DNA of 63,759 nucleotides, filler included, from Chlamydiia bacterium (GCA_903848235.1; 6 parts of 6 records of this genome joined end to end with filler, not necessarily neighbours in it), one strand, 5' to 3'. Positions 28,886 to 39,469 are shown, numbered from the whole stretch's first letter. Notes: generated by a model not told the origin, from the letters alone. Program-made: numbers and translations.

Positions 28886-30889
28886 TCACGCTATTTTTGG
28901 GATCTTTAAAATAGAAGCCATTCCTTTGCCGAGATCAATCACAGATTTAGAGAAATCCCATAATTTTTGTACACCAGTTGTCGCATATCCTCCCACAGGG
29001 AATCCTACCCGATATTGCTCGACTCCATAGTTAAGGATGCCCCGTACAATACCAACTGATTTTTGAGCTGTTTCTGTAACTGAGGCAGGCAGGTGTGAGG
29101 TGATAAATGCTTGTGCTGCTTCTGGATTTGGAATGATATGTGCCGCTAGTGGTTCGCTAGACCAAGCTCCACGCATCGCTCCAGCGAGAAAATCGTTGTA
29201 ATTCAATGACATAAAAGTGAGGACAAGAGTAACATAACAACCCGCAGCCCACCCTATGGGCCTTTTAATAAATCCAGGGGCAAGGAACAGCATTCCCTGA
29301 ACAGTAGAATTGGCAATAGATCCGCCTACTCTCGATAAGAGGGCTGTAATTAACGATGCCGATGCAGCCATAGCGGCCCCTTGATAACCATCAGCTTTGT
29401 ATCCACTGATTGCTGCAAAGAGCATTGGTGTCCCATAAATCGCTAAAAATGAAACAGAAGTCAATACACCTATGGCTGCTGAAGTACTTCGTCTTGCAAC
29501 GCTGAGCACTCCCGCCCTCTTCGCTTTTGTTGCCACCACAGCAGCAGGCGCTACAGCAACAACTCCGCCTTCTGCTGCTCTTCTCTCTTCCTTTTCTTCT
29601 CGAGCCCTGACCTGATCTAATCGTACAGTCAGATGCTCAATATGTCGCGCTAGCTGTGCAATGCGTATATCAAGGCTTGGAAATGATGAAGCCTGTGGGC
29701 TATCTCTTAGCTCAGTAAGCGTTTCCAATTCTTTTTTAGTCCATTCTAGGAGCGGAAGTAGTTCTTCTGATGAGGAGGCATGGGATGCAGCAAATGCGAT
29801 GACCGCTTCGCCGGACATCAAGGCGAAGTCTCCCTCAGCTTTTAATCGCACTGAGAGAATGCGATTTTGGACGTACTCAAGAACTTCTTTTGGAAGACCT
29901 TCCAGTTGAGCTGCAACAGCGTCTATGCGGTGAGTGCTCATGATGATAAGTTCTTGCTGAATGCCATATATCTTTTCTTGCAATTCCTCTTGGGAAGCAC
30001 ACTGTTCGTCCTTGAGATGTGCGAACTTCTCACGAAGCTCTTGTTCCAATTCCCTTCCCAGGGGGTCGACGATGGTTGCAAACGATTCGATGGTGTCGTC
30101 GATAGGAATATCAACAGAATCCAGAGCGATGACATCTCTTTTTAGAGTTTGGAATGATTCTGAGAGGGGGGCTTGGGTCCCTTTTAGAAGAATAGTTTCT
30201 GCCAGTCTTTGCACCCCTTTTTCTTCTTCGTCGGTCAGTTCTGATCCTACAACCGAGTACAATGCTGCGAGGCGTTCTCCTGCTGTAGCTCTTCCTTCTG
30301 GCATGATTTCTTCAATTCTTGTCTTGACTGCTCGTATAAAAGGCTCTCTTTCTCTCTGTATCATTAACTGCCCTTCAGGGCTCTGAAAAAGCTTTTTAAT
30401 TTTTTCTACTGATCGGCATGTGTGAACACGCTCTATACAGTGATCTGCAAGAATTTGTTCACAGTCGGGGTCTTGGCCGATCTTTTTAGCCAATACTTCC
30501 TCAAGCCTCAACACAAAATTCAGCACATCCTGAGGGGTGGATATACCCTTCTTGCCTTTCTCCTGTTTATGAAATTCTCGATTCTCTAAGGCAGCGCTGA
30601 ACACCCCTCGCAAGGCGACTAGATATGTTTGCAGGTCCGTAGCACCGGTGATGGATTCAATTTTTTCTGAACCGGATTTCAGTGAAGGGGTTGTCGGCCC
30701 CCAAATTCCCTTCGCAAGGCCGGAAAACATCCCTGGTTTTGAAGACAGGTCCGCATTGATCTGTGCAAGAGACCGTGTGCCGAGAGCTGAGATGGCACGA
30801 TCTTTGTCAGCAATGGAGCTATCGAGCTGTCTGAGAAATTGTAGGGCAACAGTTGGGTCTATGTCATATTGGCTAGATTGAATGCTCAT
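28886..30889 (-). CDS. Hypothetical coiled-coil protein with C-terminal multi-lobed hydrophobic region
   Basis: Long helical charged region followed by a long hydrophobic segment; start re-chosen at MSIQSS after a gagga RBS. Confidence 0.75.
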   Translation of the reverse strand: MSIQSSQYDIDPTVALQFLRQLDSSIADKDRAISALGTRSLAQINADLSSKPGMFSGLAKGIWGPTTPSLKSGSEKIESITGATDLQTYLVALRGVFSAALENREFHKQEKGKKGISTPQDVLNFVLRLEEVLAKKIGQDPDCEQILADHCIERVHTCRSVEKIKKLFQSPEGQLMIQREREPFIRAVKTRIEEIMPEGRATAGERLAALYSVVGSELTDEEEKGVQRLAETILLKGTQAPLSESFQTLKRDVIALDSVDIPIDDTIESFATIVDPLGRELEQELREKFAHLKDEQCASQEELQEKIYGIQQELIIMSTHRIDAVAAQLEGLPKEVLEYVQNRILSVRLKAEGDFALMSGEAVIAFAASHASSSEELLPLLEWTKKELETLTELRDSPQASSFPSLDIRIAQLARHIEHLTVRLDQVRAREEKEERRAAEGGVVAVAPAAVVATKAKRAGVLSVARRSTSAAIGVLTSVSFLAIYGTPMLFAAISGYKADGYQGAAMAASASLITALLSRVGGSIANSTVQGMLFLAPGFIKRPIGWAAGCYVTLVLTFMSLNYNDFLAGAMRGAWSSEPLAAHIIPNPEAAQAFITSHLPASVTETAQKSVGIVRGILNYGVEQYRVGFPVGGYATTGVQKLWDFSKSVIDLGKGMASILKIPKIA

Positions 30890-31118
30890 GAGAGTTTCCT
30901 CGTTTTGAGAAAAGTTGCGGAATATCTGCATCATCAAAAATTGTATATTCTGTGTCAAGAGTTGAATCGAAAGAAGTCTATTGTTTTTTGACGTTTGGCA
31001 GACATGTGCAGAAGGGGAGTCTTCGAAAGCGTAGGTTTCTTAGAACTGAATATTGCTGTGCTCGTAACAATTGTACGAGCACGTGCCTCACGCAGCCGCT
31101 TGTTTTGTAGAAGGCTGA

Positions 31119-32372
31119 TCAGTTAGTTTTTCTTGCTTTTTTTACATCAGGTTTTTGGCCTTCTGCTACGGGTGCTGGTCTAATAAGAAGGTCATAATGT
31201 CCATTACCAGAAAAAGCGAGGACTAGAGCGTTGGGCTTGAGGTCGCACAGCGCCTTACCGTTGTTTTCGATTCGCTGTGCCCGCTGCGCCCGGTTAAACT
31301 CTTCAAATTGAACCAATAGTCGCTGGCCACCCTCCTTTGCCTCAGGCAGAGGGAGCTCTTTTAGCTTCTGTACGTCTCTGGCCCATTGACACAGCCGTAT
31401 CTTGCGCAATTCCTCGCCCGCAGCATCGAGGAGAGAGGGCGTGCCGTCGCCGTGGATGAAGTTCATCAGGTGTTTTGTTGCAAAGCCTGTTGGATCTGTG
31501 ACAGCTGCGAAGTTGATGATGTGGTGTTGTGCCGCGAAGATGTCCATGAGCATCGAGACTTCAAGCTCTCCGCCATGTCCTTCAGGATCTCCGCTCATTG
31601 CTGCCATGCGGTTTACGTACGCCTCTTTCGACTCGCCATCGAACACCAGTTCTCCCCTGCCGACTGTTTCGACAACCTTACTCGCACTCAGTGCTCTGAG
31701 CATATGGACGAGTGCATCAGATTCTGCTTTTGTCATTCGCCCTGAGGCGAGAGAGTCTCGAAGTGCGTCGTGAGCGTGATCGACAATGTCGCGTACCGGA
31801 AGCAGCTTTGATATCAAGGTATCCTTCAGCATTGCTGCAGCTGCTTTTGCCATGCATTCTTGTAAGGCAGCAGGCGTGAGTGTTGACAGCGCCCATGTGG
31901 CAACAGCGCGAAAGGCGCAATGGCCATCGCCTCGTATTCGTCGGCATCTGATGTGAAGCGTTGATAAGCTGTCGATAAAGGCAGATTGGTGGGCGTCGAA
32001 CTGTTGACGAAGGACGTCAAGATCGGATTCTTCGCCGACAGCGTCTGCAATTGTTAGATCAAAGCGTTTCTGTTGTGGGGCTGCTACTGCAGGAAGTTTC
32101 CTTTTTAGTGATTGAGACTGTTCGGAAATCCTTCTGATGGCATCTGTTTCTAACGAGGAGATCTGTTCGAAGATCTGTGGAAACTGTGTCGTCGTCTCCT
32201 TGCAAAATACCATGCGAAGCTCTTGAAATGCCTCTCGCACCTCAGGGATTGTCGATACGTGGCGTTCGAGAGATCGAGCAATGAATGTGTTTACTTCAAG
32301 AGAGGGCTTTTCTGGAAGGGACATGGAGAACACTGTTTCCATAAATATGGCTAGTGAGTCGTCGTTGATCAT
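31119..32372 (-). CDS. OTU-family cysteine protease (candidate deubiquitinase effector)
   Basis: IRGDGHCAFRAV (catalytic D/C), GGELEV, GNGHYDLL (catalytic H). Confidence 0.85.
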   Translation of the reverse strand: MINDDSLAIFMETVFSMSLPEKPSLEVNTFIARSLERHVSTIPEVREAFQELRMVFCKETTTQFPQIFEQISSLETDAIRRISEQSQSLKRKLPAVAAPQQKRFDLTIADAVGEESDLDVLRQQFDAHQSAFIDSLSTLHIRCRRIRGDGHCAFRAVATWALSTLTPAALQECMAKAAAAMLKDTLISKLLPVRDIVDHAHDALRDSLASGRMTKAESDALVHMLRALSASKVVETVGRGELVFDGESKEAYVNRMAAMSGDPEGHGGELEVSMLMDIFAAQHHIINFAAVTDPTGFATKHLMNFIHGDGTPSLLDAAGEELRKIRLCQWARDVQKLKELPLPEAKEGGQRLLVQFEEFNRAQRAQRIENNGKALCDLKPNALVLAFSGNGHYDLLIRPAPVAEGQKPDVKKARKTN

Positions 32373-32524
32373 GGCTATTCCTTGTGACAGTATTAAGTAG
32401 AGTTAAATTGTATTTCTATAGGTTGTTTATTTCTAGCTCATATATAACTTTTTACTATTGTTTTTTTTGAGCCTATATTGCCGCAGACAAAAAGAAGTTA
32501 TATCGCGACTGTGCACAGTCGCGA

Positions 32525-33658
32525 TTATATGAGTTCTACCGCCAGCGCATCATAGACAACCCTTCCTTGATCTGTCAGTGAGAAGAGAGCGCCAGCTCTG
32601 TGCAGCAGCTGATGTGACACAAGGTGATCGAGTGTCAAGAGCAGATCGTTATCGGCCTGTCCCCATACTCGTTCTAAGCTCTCTAGGCAGATGCCTTCGT
32701 TCATCCGAAGGCCGATAGCGACCATCTCACGAAGACGTTTTTCAGAGGATGTGTCATCGACGACGTCGATAGGGGAGGCGTTGCTTTCAAGGGCAGCGCA
32801 GTAGCCAATGACGTTGGAGATATTGGAGAACCGCTGTCCATTGTAAAAGCTAAAGGCAGAAGGGCCGAACCCCAAAAACTCCCTTCCTTGCCAGTAGCCG
32901 GCATTATGACGAGAAGAATATCCCTCTCTGGCAAAAGCTGAGATTTCATACTGACGGAAGCCATATGAGGCTGTGGTATCTAAAGCCGCTTGGTACATCA
33001 AAAGGCTTTCCTCATCATGAGGCATCAAGGCTTCTATCGCTGATTTTTTCCGAAACCACGCTGTCTTTGGCTCTATGGTGAGGTTATACAAGGAAAGATG
33101 CTGGATAGGAAGTCTGCAGGCAGCTTCTAGGGTTTCCTTCCAGGTAGCAATTGTCAATCCAGGGAGGTCATACATCAGGTCAATAGAGATATTTGAAAAG
33201 CCGCTGGCAATGCTATCTACAATCGCCTGGAGAGTGTCTTCTGGGGTATGGCGTCGCTGGAGGGTTGTGAGGAAGCATGCGGCGAAAGACTGGGCGCCGA
33301 TGCTCAGGCGGTTGACGCCGATAGACCGATATTCTTCAAGAGCCGCTTTATAGGTCGTCTCTGGGTTAGCCTCGAGGGTGATTTCACAGGTGTCAGATAG
33401 TGAGAACGCCGATAGCTGGTTGAGGATATGAGCGATCTTCTTAGGGCCGAAGAGAAAGGGGGTCCCTCCGCCGAAATAGACGGAGACAATCTCCCTTCCT
33501 AGAAGCCTCTCTTTCCACCTGTCAACTTCTGCTGATAATGCTCTGAAGAACCTATCTTTGAGAGGTTCTTCATCGACGACACTATAGAAATGGCAGTACG
33601 GGCATTTCTGTGTGCAGAAGGGGATGTGGAAGTACAGGCTTATCGGATTACCATTCAT
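32525..33658 (-). CDS. hemW: Radical SAM heme chaperone HemW (HemN-like)
   Basis: LYFHIPFCTQKCPYCHF, YFGGGTP, EITLEANP, YEISAFA, HNAGYW; start at MNGNP overlapping the upstream gene. Confidence 0.9.
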   Translation of the reverse strand: MNGNPISLYFHIPFCTQKCPYCHFYSVVDEEPLKDRFFRALSAEVDRWKERLLGREIVSVYFGGGTPFLFGPKKIAHILNQLSAFSLSDTCEITLEANPETTYKAALEEYRSIGVNRLSIGAQSFAACFLTTLQRRHTPEDTLQAIVDSIASGFSNISIDLMYDLPGLTIATWKETLEAACRLPIQHLSLYNLTIEPKTAWFRKKSAIEALMPHDEESLLMYQAALDTTASYGFRQYEISAFAREGYSSRHNAGYWQGREFLGFGPSAFSFYNGQRFSNISNVIGYCAALESNASPIDVVDDTSSEKRLREMVAIGLRMNEGICLESLERVWGQADNDLLLTLDHLVSHQLLHRAGALFSLTDQGRVVYDALAVELI

Positions 33659-34163
33659 CAGCGTCAGGGTCGAGGATGCCGCCACGCCGCCAGCGATTTT
33701 TATCGCTGAAGTAGGATTCATCTTCTTCTTCTGCTTCTTCTTCATCCTCGATTGCTGGCTCATCCTCATCGCCATCTCCGCCGCCTTCTTCTGTCTCGAA
33801 GACCTCTTCTTCGGCATCGTGGACGGTGGTGGTCTCTTCGGTGATGTAGGTTTCCATCTCAAAGCCGGAGTCTGTCATGCCTGCACTGGTATCGGCAATG
33901 TCGATATCAGGGACTGTAGGCACGTCGCTATATCCCGGTTTTCCGCCAACGCGTTTCGGGACAATGAACTCTTCTCCTTCCCCGCCTTCCTTTAAGAATT
34001 GAAGGCGTTCTTTTTCTTCTTCTATCTTTGCTTGGAGAAGGCGAATTTCTTCTTGATGGCGCTCTAGGTCTTTCTTAGGGACAAGACCGAGTTGGAGCCA
34101 TTGCTCAAGATCTCGCAATTCTGATTCAAGCTTTCTGAGACGTTCGCTTTTAATAGGCTTCAT
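33648..34163 (-). CDS. Conserved chlamydial acidic protein (CT053-like)
   Basis: KSERLRKLESELRDLEQWLQLGLVPKK...FSDKNRWRRGGILDPDADEW, recalled as a chlamydial family adjacent to hemN. Confidence 0.75.
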   Translation of the reverse strand: MKPIKSERLRKLESELRDLEQWLQLGLVPKKDLERHQEEIRLLQAKIEEEKERLQFLKEGGEGEEFIVPKRVGGKPGYSDVPTVPDIDIADTSAGMTDSGFEMETYITEETTTVHDAEEEVFETEEGGGDGDEDEPAIEDEEEAEEEDESYFSDKNRWRRGGILDPDADEW

Positions 34164-34349
34164 GTAAAAAAGGTATACCAACGTTTGCAAAGTGACTAAG
34201 GGCAACTATTGTGCCAAATTTCTCCATTTTTGTGAGAGCGCAAAGATAGGACCCGCAAACACAAAATTTTGGAAGAGGCGCCTCTTCATCTTCTTTTTAT
34301 GGATTTTTTTTCAAGGCAAAATTTTGAAAAAAGTGATGAGGCCTAACTG

Positions 34350-35054
34350 TTAAGGGCTTATTTTTTTTCCGTCCCTTAGAATTTCCGATTGTGTTTCTTC
34401 GATGGCATGTGTCGTTTCCATGACAGCTTTTGTCTCCGACGAGCCGCATGAGATCACCCATTTCATGGCGGTGTCGATGCCAAGGGGGGTGGGGGTGATA
34501 GTCTCTTTCGGGCACATGATGAGAAATCCGACGGTGGGGTTTGGGGTTCCTGGGATGAGAACAGCGGTGAACGGCCTCTTCTCACCGTTTGGCATCGGCA
34601 GGAGGACTTCATTGGTGACAAGGCCAATAGCACCCTGCTGTGGCGTTGGAAATGGCGACCAGACGACTTGAGAGAACGAGGTGCTTTTGGGGGAGAAGAG
34701 GACATCGGTGAACTCACGGCATGCTCTGTACACCTTGTTGACAAGAGGGACTTGAAGCATCATTCGGTCAATCCACTTGATGACGACATGGAAGAATACC
34801 CACTGACCGATATAGCCGATGACAAAGAGGACGACGACGAGGCTGATGAGGATAAAAATTGTGGTAGCAGCATGGACGACCTGCTCTTCGCTGAAGATCC
34901 ACCATCCGGTTTGGAAGAGGTTAAACTTCTCAAGGATGGCAGCAGCAGCCGTCTCAAATGGCTTTGTGCAGAGGCGCACGAGAAATGAGATCACCCATAC
35001 TGTGATGGTGACGGGCAATATGATGATCAGACCTGTCAAAAACCGTTGTTTCAC
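34350..35054 (-). CDS. DUF502 membrane protein
   Basis: FLTGLIIILPVTIT, VPLVNKVY, IPGTPNPTVGFL, VISCG. Confidence 0.9.
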   Translation of the reverse strand: MKQRFLTGLIIILPVTITVWVISFLVRLCTKPFETAAAAILEKFNLFQTGWWIFSEEQVVHAATTIFILISLVVVLFVIGYIGQWVFFHVVIKWIDRMMLQVPLVNKVYRACREFTDVLFSPKSTSFSQVVWSPFPTPQQGAIGLVTNEVLLPMPNGEKRPFTAVLIPGTPNPTVGFLIMCPKETITPTPLGIDTAMKWVISCGSSETKAVMETTHAIEETQSEILRDGKKISP

Positions 35055-35537
35055 GACAGAGCGCTCCTTTGTGCTGCTGGTTGCTGCTGTATCGGCGACT
35101 GTGAGAGCAGAGCTCCACAGGAGATGATACAGCGAAATGCTTCTTCTACCGACATGTCGAGGGTGACTATCTGTGATCGCTTGAAGAGGAGGACATAGCC
35201 GTGGAGCGGATTTGGAGTAGCGGGGATGAAGACAGGGACAAGGTGAGAAGCGACAGGGCCTTCGCTGGTGACAAGGCCGATGCTATAGCAGTCGGCGTTG
35301 GGAAAGGGAACGAGGACGACATTGTGAAAAGCGCTGGCATCATGTGAGGTGAGAGCATTGATGAGGTCATGTGTCGTTGAGTAGATACTGCCGATCAGGG
35401 GGATCTTATGGATCACAGCATCACTGAGTGTAGCGAGTGGGCGCAGCAGATAGTGACGCCCTAGAGTGCCGATGATGATGACAGAGATGATAAGTTCGAC
35501 CATCGCCACCAGTTGACTGACATGAAGGAGGACGGCA
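35051..35537 (-). CDS. DUF502 membrane protein, second paralogue (5' truncated by contig edge)
   Basis: IPLIGSIY, VVLVPFP, VFIPATPNPLHGY, MSVEEAFRCIISCG. Confidence 0.85.
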
Positions 35538-35637
35538 NNNNNNNNNNNNNNNNNNNNNNNNNNNNNNNNNNNNNNNNNNNNTTAATTAATTAANNNNNNN
35601 NNNNNNNNNNNNNNNNNNNNNNNNNNNNNNNNNNNNN

Positions 35638-35735
35638 CATTCTCTGAAGGCTGGCCTGAAGCGGCGCTTATTGCCCAAGGAGAGCCCCTTCATTTTCCAA
35701 AACAGATGCTCTCGACTGTGGTGCGAGGGTCGTGA
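35638..35735 (+). CDS. lpdA: 3' end of dihydrolipoamide dehydrogenase
   Basis: FSEGWPEAALIAQGEPLHFP resembles the LpdA C-terminus; lpdA-lipA-cdsJ is the chlamydial gene order. Confidence 0.6.
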
Positions 35736-36643
35736 TGAGAGAAGAGAAGCTGTTGCTCCCTCCATGGCTCCATAAGCCGTTGCGAGGAGGGACTATTCAG
35801 ACGGAGAAGGCTGTCAGGCAGTGCGGCTTATGCACCGTCTGCGAAGAGGCGTTATGCCCGAATTTGTCTGAGTGCTATCAAGAGAAAAGGGCAGCTTTTT
35901 TGCTGCTAGGGCCATTATGTACAAGAGCCTGTGCCTTTTGTAGCGTTGGATTTTCTCCATGCCCCCCTTCTCCAGATGCCGGTGAGCCGTCTCGAGTGGC
36001 CGCTTGCTGTGCTGAATTGGCCCTGAGGCATGCGGTGTTGACAATGGTAACTCGCGATGATCTAGCCGATGGCGGAGCCTTGCATCTGGCTAATACCGTT
36101 TGCGCTGTTCGACAAATGGTTCCAGAGGTCACGGTGGAAGTGCTAACCTCTGATTTTGCAGGTTCTTCATCAGCTGTCGATATAATACTTCGTGAGAAGC
36201 CTGAGGTGTTCGCCCATAACCTGGAGACCGTCCGGTCCTTATCTCCAAAAGTACGCTCGCTGGCAACGTACGATGGCTCTTTATCTCTCTTGCGAAGTAT
36301 CAAAGAAAAAGAGCCAGGCCAGGTCACCAAATCAAGTCTTATGGTGGGGCTTGGGGAGAGCGTTGTAGAAGTACAAGAGGCTCTTTTAGACCTGAAGCGT
36401 GCTGGCGTAGATTGTGTTACGATAGGGCAGTATTTACAGCCGACGTCGAAGCAGGTGGCTGTCAAAGAATGGATACACCCGGATTTGTTTTGTAGGTATG
36501 AAATGTATGGTAAGGAGCTTGGAATACAAGAAGTCATTGCAGCTCCCTTTGTCAGGTCTAGCTATAAGGCAAGACCACTGAAGCGCGCATCTGAAACGCA
36601 GAGGCTCCCAAACGAGGTAAAAAACTGTGACCCATCCAGATGA
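35732..36643 (+). CDS. lipA: Lipoyl synthase
   Basis: CEEALCPNLSEC, CTRACAFC, HNLETV, TIGQYLQP, VRSSY. Confidence 0.96.
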   Translation: MMREEKLLLPPWLHKPLRGGTIQTEKAVRQCGLCTVCEEALCPNLSECYQEKRAAFLLLGPLCTRACAFCSVGFSPCPPSPDAGEPSRVAACCAELALRHAVLTMVTRDDLADGGALHLANTVCAVRQMVPEVTVEVLTSDFAGSSSAVDIILREKPEVFAHNLETVRSLSPKVRSLATYDGSLSLLRSIKEKEPGQVTKSSLMVGLGESVVEVQEALLDLKRAGVDCVTIGQYLQPTSKQVAVKEWIHPDLFCRYEMYGKELGIQEVIAAPFVRSSYKARPLKRASETQRLPNEVKNCDPSR

Positions 36644-37547
36644 TGAACTTGGCGCCCGAACCTCAGAGAATGTCATCAATTCTATCCTCTCGCGATCTTA
36701 TGAGATGTACGAGGACTTTGAAAGCTGTCAGCCGGAAGGGTTGGCCTTTCATGGTGATGAGCTCTCCAATCTGCCGCTGTTCGAAGAAGAAGATAAGCTG
36801 TGTCTGATGCATCGTGATGCTCATTTTTCAGGAAGCTTTCCTGTGATGAAGGAGTATTATGAGAATCCCGAGGCAAAAGGGGCTATAGAAGAGATCGACC
36901 TTGAAAGGATTGAGCTGCTGGAGAATATTCAAAAGGGCATGAAGACAGATTTGGCTCCTTTGCTCATCACAGGCCCTGATGCTGAAAAAGTAGCGCTTTC
37001 CAAGCAGATGTATAAAGAGCTGTCAGCGCTGTGTGAAAAAGACCCTTTGTCTCCTGAAGGAATGCTCAGCGCTGCCATTCTGTCGGAAGATGATGTTGAT
37101 CAGATTGTAGAACATGCTCCTGCTTCCCTTTTGCAAAAGCCTGAGATGCTGCTATTGTTGGCAACTTCAGAGCTCTTCTGTGATCCGCTGTTCCCCGGCT
37201 ATGGTACTGCCTCCCTTCTGGCCATCCGTCTGTTAGGGAAAATGAAATATGAACCAGCGCTGCAGGATCTTTTTGCACTGATCGGAAGGAGGGACTTTTC
37301 GACAGAAAGCGCTGTTTTAGAGGCGCTGCGGAAGATGGGGGCGCCTGCTAAAAAATTTGCCATGGATCGTCTTTCATCATTTCCTCTTACCGGCGATCAC
37401 GAGAGAGCGGCATTGGTTTTGATTGAGTTCCTTCCAGACGACGAAATAACAGATCTTTTTTTAAAAATTCTTGCCGATGCAAGAATGACGAATTCAAAAC
37501 TCCGAAGGTATTTGAATCTTGGAGTTGAAACCAGCTGTGACAAATAG
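36627..37547 (+). CDS. Hypothetical acidic helical-repeat (HEAT-like) protein
   Basis: 306-aa ORF in operon between lipA and sctJ; AIRLLGKMKYEPA HEAT-like helices. Confidence 0.75.
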   Translation: MTHPDDELGARTSENVINSILSRSYEMYEDFESCQPEGLAFHGDELSNLPLFEEEDKLCLMHRDAHFSGSFPVMKEYYENPEAKGAIEEIDLERIELLENIQKGMKTDLAPLLITGPDAEKVALSKQMYKELSALCEKDPLSPEGMLSAAILSEDDVDQIVEHAPASLLQKPEMLLLLATSELFCDPLFPGYGTASLLAIRLLGKMKYEPALQDLFALIGRRDFSTESAVLEALRKMGAPAKKFAMDRLSSFPLTGDHERAALVLIEFLPDDEITDLFLKILADARMTNSKLRRYLNLGVETSCDK

Positions 37548-37598
37548 ATCTATTTGCTAAGATCACGATTGAAAGAAAATTTTTATAGAGGGCTTGTT

Positions 37599-38591
37599 AT
37601 GTGTGGACGAATCCTCCCTTCCCTTGTTCGTGCGTTGAATATTGTCCTTTTTTTCACGATGCTTTTGAGTTTTTCTGGGTGTGCATCGAGAAAAACCATT
37701 ATCAACGGGCTTGAGGAACGCGATGCCAACGAAATCATGGTATTCTTATCGTCGAAGGGCATTGAAGCCTACAAGGTGAAGGCCATATCAGAGGCGCCTG
37801 GTGGTGCTGGTGGTGCTGTCCTTTGGGATATTTCCGTCGACAGCGACAGGGCGACAGAAGCCATGGCGCTGCTGAACGCCAACGGCTTGCCGCGTAGAAG
37901 GGGCCAGAAGCTCCTTGAGATTTTTACGTCCGGAGGATTAGTCCCTTCGGAGATGCAAGAGAAGATACGCTATCAGTCCGGTCTTGCTGAGCAGATTGCC
38001 GGTACTATTAGAAAAATCGATGGTATTCTCGATGCTGACGTTCAGCTCTCATTTCCTCAAGAAGACCCGTTAAATCCAAAAGCACAAAAGCCTCCTGTGA
38101 CGGCATCGGTATTTGTGAAGCACAATGGTGTTCTTGACGATCCTAACAGCCAATTGATACCAAAAATCCGTCGACTTGTTGCGGGGTCTGTTCAGGGGCT
38201 GAGTTTTGAAAATGTGACTGTCATCCCAGACCGTGCTCGATTCTCTGAGTCGTCTTCGCAACTGCAAGCACGGGTATCGCCTCCGAGTGTTGAGTTAGTG
38301 AAGGTATGGACGGTGCCTGTCGCCAAAGAGGCTGTTGGAAGATTTCAGACGCTCTTTTCTATTCTCATTGCAGTGACGGCGATATGCGTGCTTGCCACAT
38401 TCTGGATGTTGTGGAAGATTATCCCTGTAACCCGTGAGTGCGGTGGCTTTCGATATCTATTTTCCTTCCGACCTCTTGAATTGCTAGAAGAGCCTTCACC
38501 AGAAGAGAAAGCAGGCGCTGCTGATAAACAGGGCGTGAAAAAGTCTGATGATAAAGGGCCGAAGGTTCAGGAGAATATTGAGTCGGAATAA
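37599..38591 (+). CDS. sctJ: T3SS inner-ring lipoprotein SctJ/CdsJ
   Basis: Lipobox FSGC, GLEERDANEI, GLVPSEMQEKIRY, TASVFVKH, C-terminal TM. Confidence 0.95.
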   Translation: MCGRILPSLVRALNIVLFFTMLLSFSGCASRKTIINGLEERDANEIMVFLSSKGIEAYKVKAISEAPGGAGGAVLWDISVDSDRATEAMALLNANGLPRRRGQKLLEIFTSGGLVPSEMQEKIRYQSGLAEQIAGTIRKIDGILDADVQLSFPQEDPLNPKAQKPPVTASVFVKHNGVLDDPNSQLIPKIRRLVAGSVQGLSFENVTVIPDRARFSESSSQLQARVSPPSVELVKVWTVPVAKEAVGRFQTLFSILIAVTAICVLATFWMLWKIIPVTRECGGFRYLFSFRPLELLEEPSPEEKAGAADKQGVKKSDDKGPKVQENIESE

Positions 38592-38617
38592 GAGTGCGCT
38601 AACGTGGATGTGAAGAG

Positions 38618-39469
38618 ATGGTCTCCTTGCAAGATGAGTTTTTAAAAGCACTTATGGAGCGATTTCCAAATCCAGGGATGGCGGCTGTCATAGAAGCGCT
38701 GCCAGAAGAGCTGGGTTCGAAATTCCGACTTCTCCCTCAGAGAGTTGGGAAAGCTCCAGAGTTGTTTTTTGCTCAGCCAAAGCGTGTCTTGGCAGGAATG
38801 CATCCTAGTTGGTGTGAAGAATTAGTGCATTTCAGTCCTGAAGCATTGCGGCCTCTGATACGCATGCTTGTCCTCGATGCTGTAGGGAAGAATGAGGGGA
38901 AGACAGAGATCTCGCTTACTGTGCCTCTTCGAAATTTTCTCCTCAGATATCTTGTTGATAAGTGGCCGGAGCGGACCATTCAGGGTGTTGAGAGCATTGA
39001 AGGTGCTTCTTTTGGTTGGCTAGCAAAGAGTGACGAACGGACTCTTTTGTCTCTCGTAGAGCTTCTGGCGGTCAATGATGTCGTTGACGTAGTCCGGCAG
39101 ATAGTAGACAAAAAAACGCTTCAAAAAATCCTGGCCGTCTTGACACCTTTACAGCAACGCTATCTTCGCTCCCTCTTGTATCGCCCTATCCGGTTGGCAA
39201 CTCCGAACAAGGAACTGACAACATTTCTTCTCGATGATCCGACATTAGGAGCGCAAAGGTTGACACAACGGGGTTTTGAAGAGTTGGCCATTGCGATGAA
39301 ACAGGAGCCCGAGCTTCTTCAGTGGCATGTGCTGCATCATATCGACAGAAAAAAAGCGAGTTTTCTAAAAGAGGTGATGGAGAAGAAGGTTGCTCCAGAA
39401 GAGGTATCGAAGGTACAAAAACACCTTTCTCATGCCTACCAGTTTTTGAAAAAGATGGAGACAAAGTGA
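38618..39469 (+). CDS. CT560-like T3SS protein (putative SctK)
   Basis: Position between sctJ and sctL; HPSW motif. Confidence 0.7.
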   Translation: MVSLQDEFLKALMERFPNPGMAAVIEALPEELGSKFRLLPQRVGKAPELFFAQPKRVLAGMHPSWCEELVHFSPEALRPLIRMLVLDAVGKNEGKTEISLTVPLRNFLLRYLVDKWPERTIQGVESIEGASFGWLAKSDERTLLSLVELLAVNDVVDVVRQIVDKKTLQKILAVLTPLQQRYLRSLLYRPIRLATPNKELTTFLLDDPTLGAQRLTQRGFEELAIAMKQEPELLQWHVLHHIDRKKASFLKEVMEKKVAPEEVSKVQKHLSHAYQFLKKMETK

